In this document: piece after piece, positions 40,059 to 53,932 of the stretch
How the letters are laid out: each line of letters opens with the position of its first letter
Numbering within the stretch: position 1 is the first letter of the stretch
Assembly: GCA_964106645.2 (NCBI GenBank)
Contig: OZ067051.1
DNA: 64,000 nt
Source of the DNA: Podarcis pityusensis
Taxonomy: Eukaryota
Reading direction: 5' to 3' (one strand)
The notes under the pieces: generated by a model
Told to the model about the DNA's origin: nothing
The model's input: only the letters and a program-made list of their open reading frames with translations
The model's database searches: none
Translations under genes and position numbers: made by a program

Positions 40059-41264
40059 CTACAAGATAATAAAATAGCTGAAATGGACTTCTCAAAGAAA
40101 TGTCCCGTCCCCCCATATCATATAATACAACATTAAACAATAAGACTGCAATCGAAGGTATAGAAACAAGCAGATGTCTAGTCATTCCTGAGCCCAAAGA
40201 TTCTGCTGCATGACTGGAGATGCTTCTACTAGCGAAGGAGGGTGTGCCACTGATTTCAGCCACTATCCAGACACCTCTGCTAAGAACCGGAGATTCCTCC
40301 AGAGCAACTTTTGAGAGGAGAGCAGAAGCAGTGCTTCCAGGGTGGGTTTACAAAAAGCTAAAATATAACAAATTGTAGCATGTTAAAATGGCAATACTTT
40401 TAAAAATGTCTGGGAAATGTTAAAGGGCCTTCACTTCAGTAAGTATGTTCACATGGAGGAAGTTTTCCCTCTTTGAAATGGGGGAAAAATTTGGCCTTCA
40501 AGCACCCTGTTCACCCATATGCTCTAGGTCAAAACCTGAATTTTTTTAAATGGGCACGAGGAACAGGAGCTTTTTCAGTTGTGGCATCAATGCTTCAGAA
40601 TGCTCTCCCTAGGAAGGCCTTCCAGAACCAGGTGAGAACCTGATTCTTTGAAGAGATCTCTGGGGAAGGCTAAATCAACTGAAGGTTTTTTTTACTTCTG
40701 ATAAGCTGGATTTTCTTCACTGCTTTTCTGACTACTGATTTTATTACAGAATTTTATTGTGCTGCTCTGGTATTGCTTTTATTATTTTTCTATTTTTACG
40801 CTGTAATCTGCTTTGAGTTCCTTAGTGGAAGAAAGCAGCCTAGCATTTATTTTTAAAAAAGCATAAATGCTAATTTATAAATCATGGAACAGAGGACACT
40901 AAAGCCATGCAGAGCCCCAATCTTCCGTTAATGCAGCTGTGGCATTGCAGTATAGCACTGGCTGAGAGACAGTATGCTCCTTGCCTGCCTCTTCTCTTCC
41001 TGAGCACAAGCCCCCAGCCTCAGCTTTAACCACACTGAACGCTAACCAGGCTTTCAACCACCAACAAACAGGTTTCAAATATTCTTTAAGGGGGAAACCT
41101 ACCCAGGAGTAATCCTGGTTAGGGTCAGTGCCCACACAAGGGGAGGTGGTGTTAGGGTTGCACTGAGGCACAGACTTGCTGCAATATAAAAAAGAGCAGA
41201 AATCTACCAGAACAGAAACAAACTACAGACATAATTTAACAACTTGAAGCTGAATATTTCCTAC

Positions 41265-41402
41265 CTCATCATGTGATTCACGTAGGCTTTACTGCAGCTT
41301 GTGCTGTATCTGCATAAACTACAGCGAACATAGGCTGGAAAGTGGCTGGCGAATGTCCTTATATCAGAATAACACTCAATGCACTTCTGAATATTCGGGC
41401 AT
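41265..41402 (-). CDS. ZNF280D: ZNF280D exon ([36 protein letters not shown])
   Basis: ZNF280/POGZ-type finger; tag/gtagga. Confidence 0.95.
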
Positions 41403-42261
41403 CTAATATGAACCAATGTCAGAATTAGTATGCAGTATTAAGAAAAAAGTTAAGTTCCCATTTCAAATCATTATTTCCAGAAAAGCTTGCTTAGTTAATA
41501 TCACTGGCCTGGAGAAAAAGAATCTGGCTTTTGAATTCTGCTTTATAATGTCGCCCCATCTTTAGAAAGAGGCTTTCCAGAGGACCTTCCACGGTGGGAG
41601 TCAATGTGGCACAAGGGGACGAAGTGGGAAGGGCAGCTGGGAAGCTCCAAGGAGCATATGGCATTCTGAAAATAGCCTTCTTTACTTCAAGGCCTTATGG
41701 ATACTGGGCAAACAGGCTTGCAATGCTTAACCAACTGAAAGCAGTGGAAAAGGTTTGAAAATGTGTACACAGGTTGCAACTGTCAAAGGTTCTTCATATG
41801 AACATCTTCCTCTCTCTTGTTTTTATCAGCAATGGGGCAGAGGTACCCTCCACGTGGCTCCAGCTCAGGCACATGCCCGAGGCTGTTTTTACTGTAAATG
41901 TCTTTTATCTGCAGAGTTTTTTACCGCTACTGTAGCTGAGAACCATTACAAGACTCTGATCAATACAAGAAGCTGATCTATTGAAAGAAATTCCTACTTA
42001 AACTGCTGCCTCTAAAGGTCCTATTTGGGAGAAAGGTAACCCTTATACTGGGGAACTGATCCAAGTGACACTTGCATCGCCAACCCTCTAACGATCAGAA
42101 CATACCCACCCACTGAACAAGGCCCCAACAGTTGGCCATTCTAGTCAAAATTAATCTTGTTACCATTCTATTGATTCAGAAGAACTCAAGTTCTATTTCC
42201 TTTTTTATTCCAATCAGTTAACATTTAAAACTACACTCTGGAAAGCTACCAGAAGACTTAC

Positions 42262-42560
42262 CTTAGATTATTTAATGCTGTATTTGCAATTTTATTGTTT
42301 CTTTTGCTGCCGCCGCCACTGCTACTGCTGCTGCTGCTACAACTGTTATTGTGGGTGGTCCCCAGACCTTGCTTTTTCTGTACGCTCAATGGCTTCAATT
42401 TTGGCTTTACTTTATTTGCATTCGTTTTGTTCTGAGTCGTTTTAGCATTTGTCACTTTAGCTGCACTGGTGGACAAGTGTAAAGTAGACGCACTTGGGAT
42501 GACAGGAGATGCAGTCGCTGATCCAGGCTGAAGAGATCCAGCAGAAGCTCTGATGGTAAC
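42262..42560 (-). CDS. ZNF280D: ZNF280D exon (VTIRAS..poly-Ser..TALNNL)
   Basis: KVTIRAS junction motif; tag/gtaagt. Confidence 0.93.
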
Positions 42561-43330
42561 CTAGAAACATGAGACCCGGTTAACTCTTTCCTAAATGAAT
42601 GGCAATCATTTATCTTGCTGAAAAGACTCGCAAGAAGACTGCATGGATGACACAAGGCTGAGCAGTTCTGAGCAAGCTGCACTGCAGGGGGCTGGAATAA
42701 ATGACCCTTGGTGTACCTGCCAATGCTACAATTCTGTTATTGTGACCCTCAGACTACTTTGTCAGAGGCAATGGCTAGCAGTATGCCCACCATGAGATCA
42801 TTGCCCATCCAACCACAGCTAGAGCCTGTGCTGCAATACACAGTAAAGCAATGACGAACACACACACACCTATGTGCAAACTCCCCTCCCACCTGTTCAT
42901 ATAAAGCACACAAACACAGCAAGGGGAAATCCATTAAAGGGTCCATGATGGCTGAAACTATCTGTTTTGCATAGTGTATGTCCAAATTTATTTGTAGCTG
43001 GTCACCCACCTAAGGTCAGGTCAGGCAACCCAAGCAGGACTGAACTTCTGCAAATCCAGGAGAACAGAGCAGATGCCACCACAACAAAGAAGACCCCTGT
43101 CTGCTGCAGATTTAAATCTGAGCCCCAGGAAGGTTTTAAATGTTGTTAAAAGGTGCCTAGAGTTGAACCCTTCTGCAAGTCTCTAGAGAGCCTTAGAATG
43201 ATTTTCAAGTCCCCTCCCCACAAAAAAACCCACCAGCAGTGGGGAACACACATGAACACACACCACTCTCTCCTGCCATTTCCCTGTAGCCATTTTTCAG
43301 AATAAACATTAAATGATGCTTTAAGCTTAC

Positions 43331-43465
43331 TTTGGTTCCTGGAGGCAATCCCTCTAACTGAGCAGGTTTTTTAAATGTCCGGTGATGCTGAGATTTGTGA
43401 TCCATTTTTTCTTTGCATGTCAAGAACTGGAGTCTACACTTGGTACAGCGATGTACTCCCTTTTT
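43331..43465 (-). CDS. ZNF280D: ZNF280D exon ([33 protein letters not shown])
   Basis: C2H2 finger, ZNF280 family motif. Confidence 0.95.
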
Positions 43466-44300
43466 CTTTTTTAAAAAAAGAAAAATATATTTAAGCCAAA
43501 ACATACTGATGAAATGGATAATAGAAGCTTAACATTCCAGGAGGTTTCAAAAACAAACAGTGCAAAAGTGATGAGCAGTGGCTGCAAGCAATAAAGGACT
43601 AACTGTATTCAGTATCAACAAAATCCTGTACTAAGTTATTGATAGAAAATAATCACAAACAATTCACATTAATTACACACCATCACATAAGGTTGTATCG
43701 AATGTGATGTTAAGTACACTTGTTCCACTAGTGAAATGTTTGCACCAAGGGAACCTTGCTGCCCCAAAGAAGGCACCAAGTTACCAGCAATGCGCTGCAT
43801 AGTGAGTTTCTACTAGCACAACTGTTGCACTGGATTCCTGTTAGGCAGGATTAAAACTCACAATCACACTAGCAGACACAGAATGTTGGATACAGCATAT
43901 AGTTTCCAGCTCCTTAAACCAGACCTTTGCAAGAAAACAGTATAGGTTAAGGCACCATCCATTCCTACTATCAAACACTTCTTCCAAGTTCTGTCTGCCA
44001 CCATCTCACCTTGGAAACATTTTTTTTTAAAAAAAACCCTTTGCATTAGCCATATTCAACTTTAAATTGACATCTGGAGCTTTGTGAACGTAGCTGAACT
44101 TTTCTCAAGTATGCTAATGGTCAGCAAATGTTCACTGTGGAAAAGGCTCTAAGCTCTATTGTTACCATAACTTATAGAAGACCAGGGCTTGGGGGGGGGA
44201 GGGGGATTAACAATTTATTAGCTACTAGTTGCTTCTGCAGAGACATCTTACATCCCTCTTGCCTAGTGCTTATACTCCAAAGATAATCAAGTATTTTTAC

Positions 44301-44447
44301 CTGGTGTCTCAGGAAATGATGCATATATGGTGCCCCAAGTTTAATAACTTTGAGGCAAAATGGGCACAGCAGGCTCTTTGTATTTTCATGAACAGATCGA
44401 AAGTGTTTTTCCACATCTGAAAATGCTGATGATCTGTAATTGCACAC
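44301..44447 (-). CDS. ZNF280D: ZNF280D exon (VCNYRSS..HENTKSLLCPFCLKV..HQ)
   Basis: C2H2 fingers; tag/gtaaaa. Confidence 0.96.
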
Positions 44448-44546
44448 CTAGAATGGAAAAAGAGATGGACTGCCTTGAAGCAACATTCTTTAGAAACAAG
44501 TCTTTGACAAACAGCCATGCACAAGGGGGAGGATGCTCTGAGGTAC

Positions 44547-44647
44547 CTGGCAGACGTAGGGCATCTCCCCGGGCTTGTGATTGTCCTTCATGTGCTGCAA
44601 AAGAACTTGCTCGGTTTCAAAAGATAGTTCACATATTTTACATAGAG
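44547..44647 (-). CDS. ZNF280D: ZNF280D exon ([32 protein letters not shown])
   Basis: ZNF280 signature finger. Confidence 0.97.
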
Positions 44648-44965
44648 CTAGAAAAGAGCAGAAACAAGAGGTGAACTTTTTTTTCTTAATCGGAACCACG
44701 GTGGAAGACAAAGTAGATGGTGCCTATTAATCCAAGGACAGTTCTCAAGTCTTTTGGCAGCCTAATTTTTAAATCATGCTGTGGCAAAAATAGTTGCCTA
44801 TTACTTTGCTCCCAATGAAAAGTAGAAATGCTTTTAAGCTGCAAAAGTCAAATGTTTCTAACCATAATATCCCATATCTCTTTGAGCTGCTGCGTGCCCA
44901 TGCCCCAACTAGGGCAGAGTGCATGTGCCCCCACCATGACAAAATAGCACGGCTGCCGTCTAGAC

Positions 44966-45151
44966 CAGGAGTCGTCAACCTGGTCCCTACCGCTCACTAG
45001 TGGGCGTTTCAGGATTCTAGGTGGGTGGTAGGGAGTTCTACAGCACAAGCTGAATTCTCCTCCCATCGAGCACTGGTGGGTGGTAAGGAAATTTTAGCAT
45101 CAAGAAAGATGCATTAGTGGGTGGTAGGTATAAAAAGGTTGACTACCTCTG
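44966..45151. mobile_element. hAT/Charlie-like MITE
   Basis: TIRs CAGGAGTCGTCAACCT / AGGTTGACTACCTCTG; TSD gtctagac/atctagac. Confidence 0.85.
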
Positions 45152-45199
45152 ATCTAGACTGATGGCTGCTGTACAAGACACAGCATCTGAGAAACTTAC

Positions 45200-45357
45200 T
45201 TGATGACTCATGAGGGGTATGGCTGCTTTCGATGTGGCACTGGAGTTGGAAGGGTGTTGGAAACTGACGGTAGCAGTGCTGACAGGTGGTGTGACTTTCC
45301 CAACTCTCACTATTCTGTTTCTCCAGCTCCAAGTGATGCTTCATGTGGTTCATAAAC
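45200..45357 (-). CDS. ZNF280D: ZNF280D exon ([34 protein letters not shown])
   Basis: ZNF280 signature fingers. Confidence 0.97.
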
Positions 45358-45950
45358 CTGGGAGCGACACAAAGAACAGCTCAATAGACCACACTTTTTT
45401 TAAAAAAATAATTAATGAATAAACTAGACAGGTGCTAAAGACACTGCCATAAACACATATTTAGCATATTATGTTTTTTAAAATGCCCTTTAATGGACTG
45501 CAGTGCCTTCCTCTGAGCAAGCTCCTCAAACACGTGGAAGGAAATAGAGGGAAAGAAAAACCAGTAACCTAAAATACGCTGCTATCACTATTTATCATTT
45601 CAAGCAGATTAGTGCAAGTGGGATCTCAAAGATTATAAATGAAAAATAGGGCAGCTTCTCCCGAGAAACACTGTCACTCCCCCATTCCCAGGGATTACAT
45701 TTCTCTCTTATGAAAGGACTCCCAAAGATCAACTCTCAATCTCTAGTATGATCTTCAGACTGTTCTGAGTGTAGCATTAGGAAAACACCATTTTGTGAAA
45801 GAATGTAAAATCAGCTTTGCACAAAAAAACAAAAACAAAGGGGGAAAACACTACCTGTAGACATCTTACAGTGACACTGTGAGCTACACACTAGCCAAAC
45901 CTGGGCCCAAAGTTTTTATCACATATACATTTTTCAGGATATAAAAATAC

Positions 45951-46177
45951 CTGATATTGCTTTTGAGAAGCTTCATGCAGCTGGCACACTTGAAGGTCGT
46001 ATGTGTCTTCTGCTCCTGACGCACCTGCTGGACGTTACCCTCATGTTTGCCATAATAAAAGTCATTAACTAACATGATCAGTTTTCCTTTTTCAGTTTCA
46101 GCCATTTTAGATGATGTCCCTGAACTGTCTGTTTGGGTTATTCCCAGAAAGGTATGTGCCATATCTGGACAGCAATA
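45951..46177 (-). CDS. ZNF280D: ZNF280D exon (YCCPDM..KLIMLVNDFYYGKHEG..FKCASCMK)
   Basis: KLIMLVxDFYYG motif. Confidence 0.97.
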
Positions 46178-47284
46178 CTGAAAGAGAAGCAAGTTAAAGA
46201 ACAACTAAACCATTTTCTCTTTTAAAGAAAATAACTGAAGTATAGCCTAGAACCTAACAAAAATATGTTTGTAAACCCTCCCCTCCCAACCCAAGACCTG
46301 ATAGTTTGAGCCCAGGTAAGTTGAATGTATGTAAGTGGGGCCGGAAGTTTTAACACATTTGTAACAAAGCAAGGGCCACAGATTTCAGATAACTTCTAAG
46401 GAAACACACCTAGAATTGTAATGGTTTTGTAACTTGAGATCAAGGGTACTTAATTCCACCCAAATGTGATTAGCATAAATACTGATGGAGTCCCCAATTC
46501 CATAAACCATCTGTTATAAAAATGCATCTTTAGCTTACTATGCATTACATAACAATGGCACCAGCTTTTGACTTCTATGGGATGTACATATAAGGAAGCA
46601 ATGCAAAGAATCAAAAGCAACAAGAGAGAAAATTTAAGATCTCTTCATAATATATTTATAATGAAGTTGGAATGGTTTCAAGGGAAGGGGCTACTAAATA
46701 ACAGATTCAAGCTGTATAGAATTCTGCACATTTATACAATAAATCCCAAACTTCTTTTTAACTCTGTACTAACAGGGGTAATACTAGTCAGGTTAATTTA
46801 ATATGTATTTTCTCTAAGAGTTACAATATCCTTAATAACATACATAGAAACAAACACAGCAAACAGAAAATGCTGTAGCTGAACATTCTGCCATTTAAAG
46901 TGCTCTTCACACAGGGAAAACCACAAGCAGCCATAAAAATTAATATGCAAAACGAAGTTATTTTTTCAAAGCAAAAATCATGATTCTCACGAAGGGCAAT
47001 GGTTGGCCTCTGGGAGAACAGAGTTCTTGGCTAGATGGGCCTTTGGCACGACTCAGCAGCCAGGCCCTTCTTCCATTCTTATTTATCATCTTGACAGCTA
47101 GGCATGAAATTTGCTTTTAAAAGCGGATAATGTTCAAAGCACCCAGAACAGCAACTAACCAGAACCATTACATGCTTAAGTATAATTAACTCTGAAGTTC
47201 TATCATCTTTAAAATGTATTAATTCTCAATGCCACATCTATGATTTCATTTTGTTCCCCTTCCTCTGCCAAAACAGGTCCTTAC

Positions 47285-47388
47285 CTTTATGTGATTTTTT
47301 AATGGCTCCAAAAGATTGAAATGAATATTACACTTTGGACATGCTTGTGGAAAAGGTGCTCCATGCTTAACATTGCTCGAAGCAATAC
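47285..47388 (-). CDS. ZNF280D: ZNF280D exon (..FPQACPKCNIHFNLLEPLKNHIK)
   Basis: CPKCNIHF finger; cag/gtaagg. Confidence 0.95.
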
Positions 47389-49934
47389 CTGTAAAAAGGA
47401 AAAGTATACCCTATGACTTAATTATCACTTCTGAACAGACACTTTCTTCAAATTTTCAAATTTATGATGTACCGCTTGAGTAACTATGACAAACATACAG
47501 AGTTCACCAACAAAAGCAGATAAGATATATAACGAGTAACAGTATAATTAGTTCTTTTTAAGCCTCTTCTCTTTGTGTGCATATTCCTCAAAAGGCAACA
47601 TGTAAGTCATTTGATAGCTTGCCTGTAACAAGCAAAACATTTCCCCAAGTGGCACAAGAACTGTAGTTTTGGTAAACGGAAAGAATTTTTTCTGTTGCCG
47701 GCTGTCAATGTGTTATCACTAATTAATTTAGATATGCAAAAGTAGCCTAATTACTTTTTGGACTTATATTTATGCTTGACCTGCTGCTTCAAGAGCTCTT
47801 AGGTCGAACACAGCAATGCTTACATCCATGGGCCTTCTGAAAGGGTGATAATTTTGAGAGAATAATTGCATTCTACATGCTATCAAAATCAGTTGCTATG
47901 TTCCAAGACTCTTAAATTTGTAAGTATTTTTACACTTTATATTCTCTGTGTGCTTTGCAAAAATAAATCAATCCTCTGGGGGCCTTGCAAAAATAAATCA
48001 ATTAAAATATAAATACAAAAACTAGAAATTACTAAAAGGCACAAAATCATAAAAACGGTATAAAACAGTTGACAGGATTAAAGTGCAATCTTTAAAGCTT
48101 GGTAAGATGTGTAGATACCAAGCAACTCCTTGTAAAGAGAAGGATTCACAAAGAGAGGTTTAACATAGGCAGGGCAAGGGGGCAATTGTCCCAGCACACA
48201 TTTCAGAGAGGTGCTTCCAGGTACCCTCGAGACAGGTTCCCTCATTAATGCAAACCCCGCAAGTGTCCCTTGTCCCTCTCCTCACTCTCTGCCTGGACCA
48301 GGTAAGAGGTTCCTACTGCTCAGTTCTGCAAGGGTTAATAGCAGCAGAAAAGCTGTCATTCCTAGAGCTGAAGGGAAGGCTGCAAGTGAGTGAGGAGCTT
48401 CTGTTCTCTGTCTTGCTTCCCCTGTGCCTCCTCGCAAAGTCGTGGAGGCAGGTAATTGGGGGACAGGGATATGCCAGATCAAGGGGCAGAATCAGAGCAG
48501 GGTGCTGGGAGAAAGTGAGGCAAATGGGTGGCAGCAACTTCCCACCCTGAGCAAATAAAAGGCATCGGCAGGGGAAGCAGGTGGTGGGAGCGACACTGCT
48601 TTCCTGCATTGAATGGCCTCTGGCCTCACTCTCTTCTGTTCAAACAAACCTAAGTGAACAACACTCAGTTTCCCCTGAAGCTTAATAAATATATAAATGC
48701 AGGAGAAGTCCTTCACTAACCTGCTAAAACTAATGGTACAGTCCTGCCTATCTTCAATTGAAAACCATTACTGAAACAGCAAGCCTGTGTTTGCTTTTTT
48801 TAAAAAAAGAAACCTAACCATAGCAAATCCTTAAGTATAAATCTGTGTTGAGAAAGAAAAGCTCTCTGCTGCATGGCTAGCAGTCAAAACTTTGCCACTT
48901 CCCTTCCTCTTCCCCACCACCCAATCTCTCTCTCTCTCTGCTCTGCAGCTTGGTGGAATACTGGCATTTGCTCAGTACCATGTTTGTCTATTTCCAGCAT
49001 GGCCTAAATTTAAAATGTTTCAATCTAAGCCCTGATGTTTCACCCTCAGTTTAATTGAAAATCACACTGCATTGTGCACCTTCAAACAACACACTTATAC
49101 AAGCGTATTTCTCTCATTGTTTTTCTGTACTCTGGATGTGAATGCAAAGTAAGCATATTAGGGACACAGCCAACATTTGCGGGGGGTGTATTCTAGGCAA
49201 AATGGCCACCTTATACCTGGAGTTCCCAATATGGCACCATACAGCTCCTTGGTGCATGTCCAGGCCCTTTGCCCTCCCATTGTTAATGATTTTTTTAGAG
49301 TTGCTTTTTCAGCTGAGGACGGTGCTGAAGTGACTGCAAAGTGACATACAGGCCACCAGCAACACCCTCCCACAAAGAAGTTTTGAAAGTAGCTTATTTT
49401 AATGCTCCCATCTGTGTTTCAGGGAGTGGTCACCGAGAGCTGCTTACCGCTTGGTCCTCACAGGTTCTGTTCACAAGAGCTCAGGGTGTGCACCCCCTGG
49501 TGTACACCTCCACCCCAGCTGCCCAGTCCACCAAGGGGGTGCAACACTTGTCCCGCCCTGGGTGCTAGAAACCCATGCTACGCCCCTGGATCCCCAGTTG
49601 GGGTGCCCTCTCTGTGGAAGCCTCCCACCTTTGCCTGGGGCAAGGGAGTGGTACCTGCCTGTCTCTGGCTTCCTAGGTCCAATGCCCCAGGTTTCTACAC
49701 CTACATTACATGTTCTCTCATTGTTCTAGAAAGTTAATCTTACATTTTTAAACAGTCACCCTTTGCACCAAAAATTGTGGAATTCTTCTTGGACTGGGAA
49801 AGTTGCTGCACCAATGCACCAATGACACTTAATTTTTCCTGTAAAGACCATCTGTTCTGTTTTTGAAAAAACATTTCTGATATATCTCTTCATGAAAATG
49901 CTGTAACAGCTGGGACAATAAGACGCTTCCCTAC

Positions 49935-50066
49935 CTTTCTGAAGCAATGATGTGTCATTTGGAGATATAACTGAAGGTGAATCACTTCCAGAAACTGCCT
50001 CATCAGCCTTGGCCTTTTTTGGATTAATACTGTGAGCTTCAGAAGTGGAAGGACGCTTGGACAGGC
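49935..50066 (-). CDS. ZNF280D: ZNF280D exon (LSKRPSTSEAHSINPKKAK..)
   Basis: KRPS..NPKK basic motif; tag/gtaggg, phase 1 to 1. Confidence 0.9.
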
Positions 50067-51224
50067 CTACAAATAGTTTTGAAAATTAAGTAAGTCTTAA
50101 TTTAATATACTATTGCTAAAACCAACCCAAGCAAGCCTTGACTTGTTTTCTTCTCCAATACTCTGATTCCAGCTGCTTCAAGCTGCAGAGTCCTTCAAGG
50201 TGTGGTAGAATTAGGAGGATCACTGCCTTTGTGGAGGAGTCTAAGTCCTCTAACCTTGACTAATTTATCTTAGAGCAGGAAATCAGCATCCCAGAAATGA
50301 GTACAATCGTCAACAAAAATGGCACAACCCATAAAACCGTATTTTGCAAGGTCACTGTGAGCGGAGTTATCAAGTCATAACAACTGTGCAAAATGTTATT
50401 TGTTTGAATTAATTAAATTTGATTGTTTTATTAGCTTTAGGACATACATGCCATTCAGCATCAGTAGACGTATCAAGAGTTTATTCAAGACAGAAGCACG
50501 TAATTTGGTAAACTGTTATTTTTACTGAGCAGGCACTAGCGGATGATTTAAAAGATCACAATGCAATGCAAGAGAACAAGGAAAGGAGGAAACAAGGCTT
50601 CAAGAACATTGATCCAAAGCTTTTTAGGAATTTAAAAGTGAAAACCAGCATCTTGAATCATAACCAGTTAATGTGCTAGTTCACTGACATGTGCTCCATT
50701 CACTACCCCACTGTGAGACAGCCTGCTACATTCAACTCTAGCTGAAGTTTCTGACTAGTCCAAGGGTGTCCAAGGCAAAGGGCATTGCAAGGTTTTGGAG
50801 GCTATCACCAGGTGAAAATCTGCTGTGATCTGAGCTTTACAATGAGAGATGCACTTTTCCTACCAGACAAAAGTTGGTGCAGCTGCTCCTACCCAGAGGC
50901 AGAGCAACCTGGTCCAGCACCCAGAACGGTGCTCGTCCGAGGTGCTGCCGATTGGGTGTTGGCATTTTGACACACACACACACCCCTTTGGAATGGCACC
51001 TGGAGCGGACCGCCCCACCCCCACCCTGGAACGCGCCTGCTCCTACCCACTGAAACAATCCAGTAAAATTCAGTAGCTCCTCATGCTTTCAAGAAGGCCC
51101 AGAAGGGCTGAATCCAGTTAATCCAGTAACCATGATTACTTCAGCCTCCACCAGTAGGCCCATATCCAGTTCTCAGCCATGTCTAGAATTCAAAGCAGTA
51201 CTGAGGTTGCAGGAGCCTGTCTTA

Positions 51225-52680
51225 CTGTTGTTGTCGTTAAATTTATATACCACCCTTTGTCTGAGTTTCACAGGGTTGTTTACAGTATAAAAATACAAAA
51301 TACACAACACGATAACAAACTAAACAAAAAAACCTACAGTTTAAAAGGCTGTAGACTGCTTAATTAGCCAACGGCCTGGGCGAAGAGGAATGTTTTTGCC
51401 TGGTGCCTAAAGATATGTAACGAAGGTGCCAGGTGAGCCTTCACAAACGGGGAGCTGCTTCAGAAAAAAATGTATTGTGTTGATGTCCCCCGGACGTCCC
51501 ATGGAGGAGGCACACAAAGAAGGACCTCAGATGCAGCGTTAGAAACTCAGATATACAATCTAATTGCCAAATGGCACCTTAAACTGGTGACAATGCAGAA
51601 TGACCAGCAAAGGTATCCTTAAAGGATCTTAAAATATCAGCTGGGTCTGTACCAGGGCAGGAGAGGGGTTCTGCTAGATAAAGTGATCCCAAGTTGTTTA
51701 CAACTTTAAACGTTTGTAATAAACCTTCAACTTGGCTTAGTAGCTAATAGGTGCCCAGTTCAGATTTTTCACACTGGTGTAATATGCGTAAACCTGGAGG
51801 TCTCACTGAGCTGCTGCATTTTGCACTCGCTGTAGTTTCCAAGTCAGGCACAAAAGTAGCCCTACATACAGTGCTTCTACAGTAGTCTAATTGTGATGTT
51901 ACTAATGCATGGACCACTGCAGTAAAGCTATCACTATCTAACAGGGACTAATTGTTCACCTGGGCCTCTAGTGAAAGCAATGGATCCAGGAGCACTCCCA
52001 AAGGATGCACCTGCTCCTTCAGAGAGTGCAACTCCATCCAAAGAGGTATATAACTTAATGCCTGGACCTGGGAACCACCCTTCCATATGGTCTCCACCTT
52101 ATTAGATCCAGCTGCAGCCTCTGGATGCAGCCCTCATCCAACCCATGCACAGCGTCTCCTGATTTACAAGTTCTAGAGAAATGGAGCTGACCATCATCAA
52201 CATAATGGTGACATCTTCTCCCAAATGCTATAGCTATTAAATTGCACTGTGGGCAAAATTGTGCCCTGCAGCAACCACACAAATCAACTGCCAAGGGGCC
52301 AGGACACAGTCACTCAATACTACTCTCTGGAACCAACCCTGTAGGAGTGAAACCACCATAAAACGGCTCCTAACACATGGAGATAGTGCAGGAGGATGTC
52401 ACCGTAAAGTCAAGGATCCCAAAAGCCACTCAGTGATGCAGAAGATTCCACAGGGTTGAACTCTCGCTATTCCTCCTCCAAAGAAAGTCATCCATCAAGA
52501 CAGCCAAGGTTGATTCTGTCTCAAAACAAGGCATGAACCCAGACTGGTGACCAGGAGGTAGTTAGAATAAACCTCTGGGCCCAGGATGGTTTTTTTCCAG
52601 GACTGGATGCACCACCAACACCTTCAAGGTTTTCCCTCGGTAATTTGTATGCAGAAGCATGCTGTCTCTAATTCTGAAGG
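51225..52680 (-). mobile_element. Decayed L2-clade LINE pieces (3' end plus RT remnants)
   Basis: Degenerate VVHALVTSQLDY and CHHYVDDGQL (YADD-like) peptides on the minus strand. Confidence 0.65.
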
Positions 52681-53838
52681 TGAAATATAGCCATTATTAC
52701 AAGGAGCTTACATGGCTGAATGCTCCTCCACAAATAAAATAAAAATAAATTATCACCATGTAGAAAACTGGCCACTTAGGAAGTCTGGTTCTAATCTGGC
52801 CTTCCTCAAAGTCCCGTCCCCCCCCCCCCCCCGATATGGAAGAGCCATCAGTTATGAGAAGTCTGCAGGTGGAGGTTTGCACAGTTTAGCATCTCAGTTG
52901 GAACTAGGCAAGCAGCAGGCAAGTATAATAAACTTAGAATGACGTATCAGTAGCACGCTAGCAAAGAAATAAATACTCACATGTGACTGCATACATACAT
53001 GGTGCTGGGAAATAAATAAATAAATAGAATCACACCTGGAAATGGCAGGAGAGTTCTTGTGGCTCACGAGGAAAGCCTCCCCGGAGCCAGAGGAGGATGT
53101 CAGTGAAGGCAGATGAAGCCCTCAAAAGACCTAAGGTGCAGCGGGGCTTTGTTCAGGCTGCTCAGCCTCCCTGCCTAACAGCTGATGTGTGGCGAAGCGC
53201 AGCAGCTGCCACCCGCCACTTTCCCACACGCCCTCTTACTGGCCCCAGAGCTTCAACTCTAATTGAAGAGAGAGTTGTATGGAAAAGGAACTGTAGAGCA
53301 GGGGGAAATAGGCATTTAGAGGCTTTATAGAGGGTGCTCCCCAATTTATGCAATTTCATTTATGTGTGTGGGCACCCGGAACATAACCTCTGTGTAAGGG
53401 GGGGGGCTGCAAAGCTAGAATAAATTCAACCAAGAATTCAGAGGAAGTCTAAAATAAAGATGCCTTATGTTCAAAAACCTGGCAGACAATGCATATCAGA
53501 AGACCAGCAACTCCATCATCAAAACAGCTCTTCAACAATACAGTCAGGTGCCAGAATAAGGATTTCAATGTCTGTTTTTATATTAGTTATAATTATGGAG
53601 GCTCAAGCAATCCTCTTTACTTCGAGGATCATTACAACTATGTCCAATAACCCTTAATTTATCATTATGATCCTAGTGCACCAAATGTATGCACAATTTA
53701 AAAAGCGCCTCTCCTCTCCCCCCAAAAAACAGGAAAACACATTTTATTGGTTGTTTTGGCAATGCTTCTTTTTTCTTTTTATTATAGATTTGCTTTTAAT
53801 GATATGAATAATAAACTTTGAAAATGTACTAGTCATAC

Positions 53839-53932
53839 CTGTTTTAGTCACTGCAGATCCACTCTGGCACTGAGTTACTCCTGAATTTTGCCTTAAATCA
53901 AAAGCTACAGGCAAAGGATTATTCGGTATAAC
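53839..53932 (-). CDS. ZNF280D: ZNF280D exon (VIPNNPLPVAFDLRQNSG..)
   Basis: cag/gtatga, phase 0 to 1. Confidence 0.88.
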
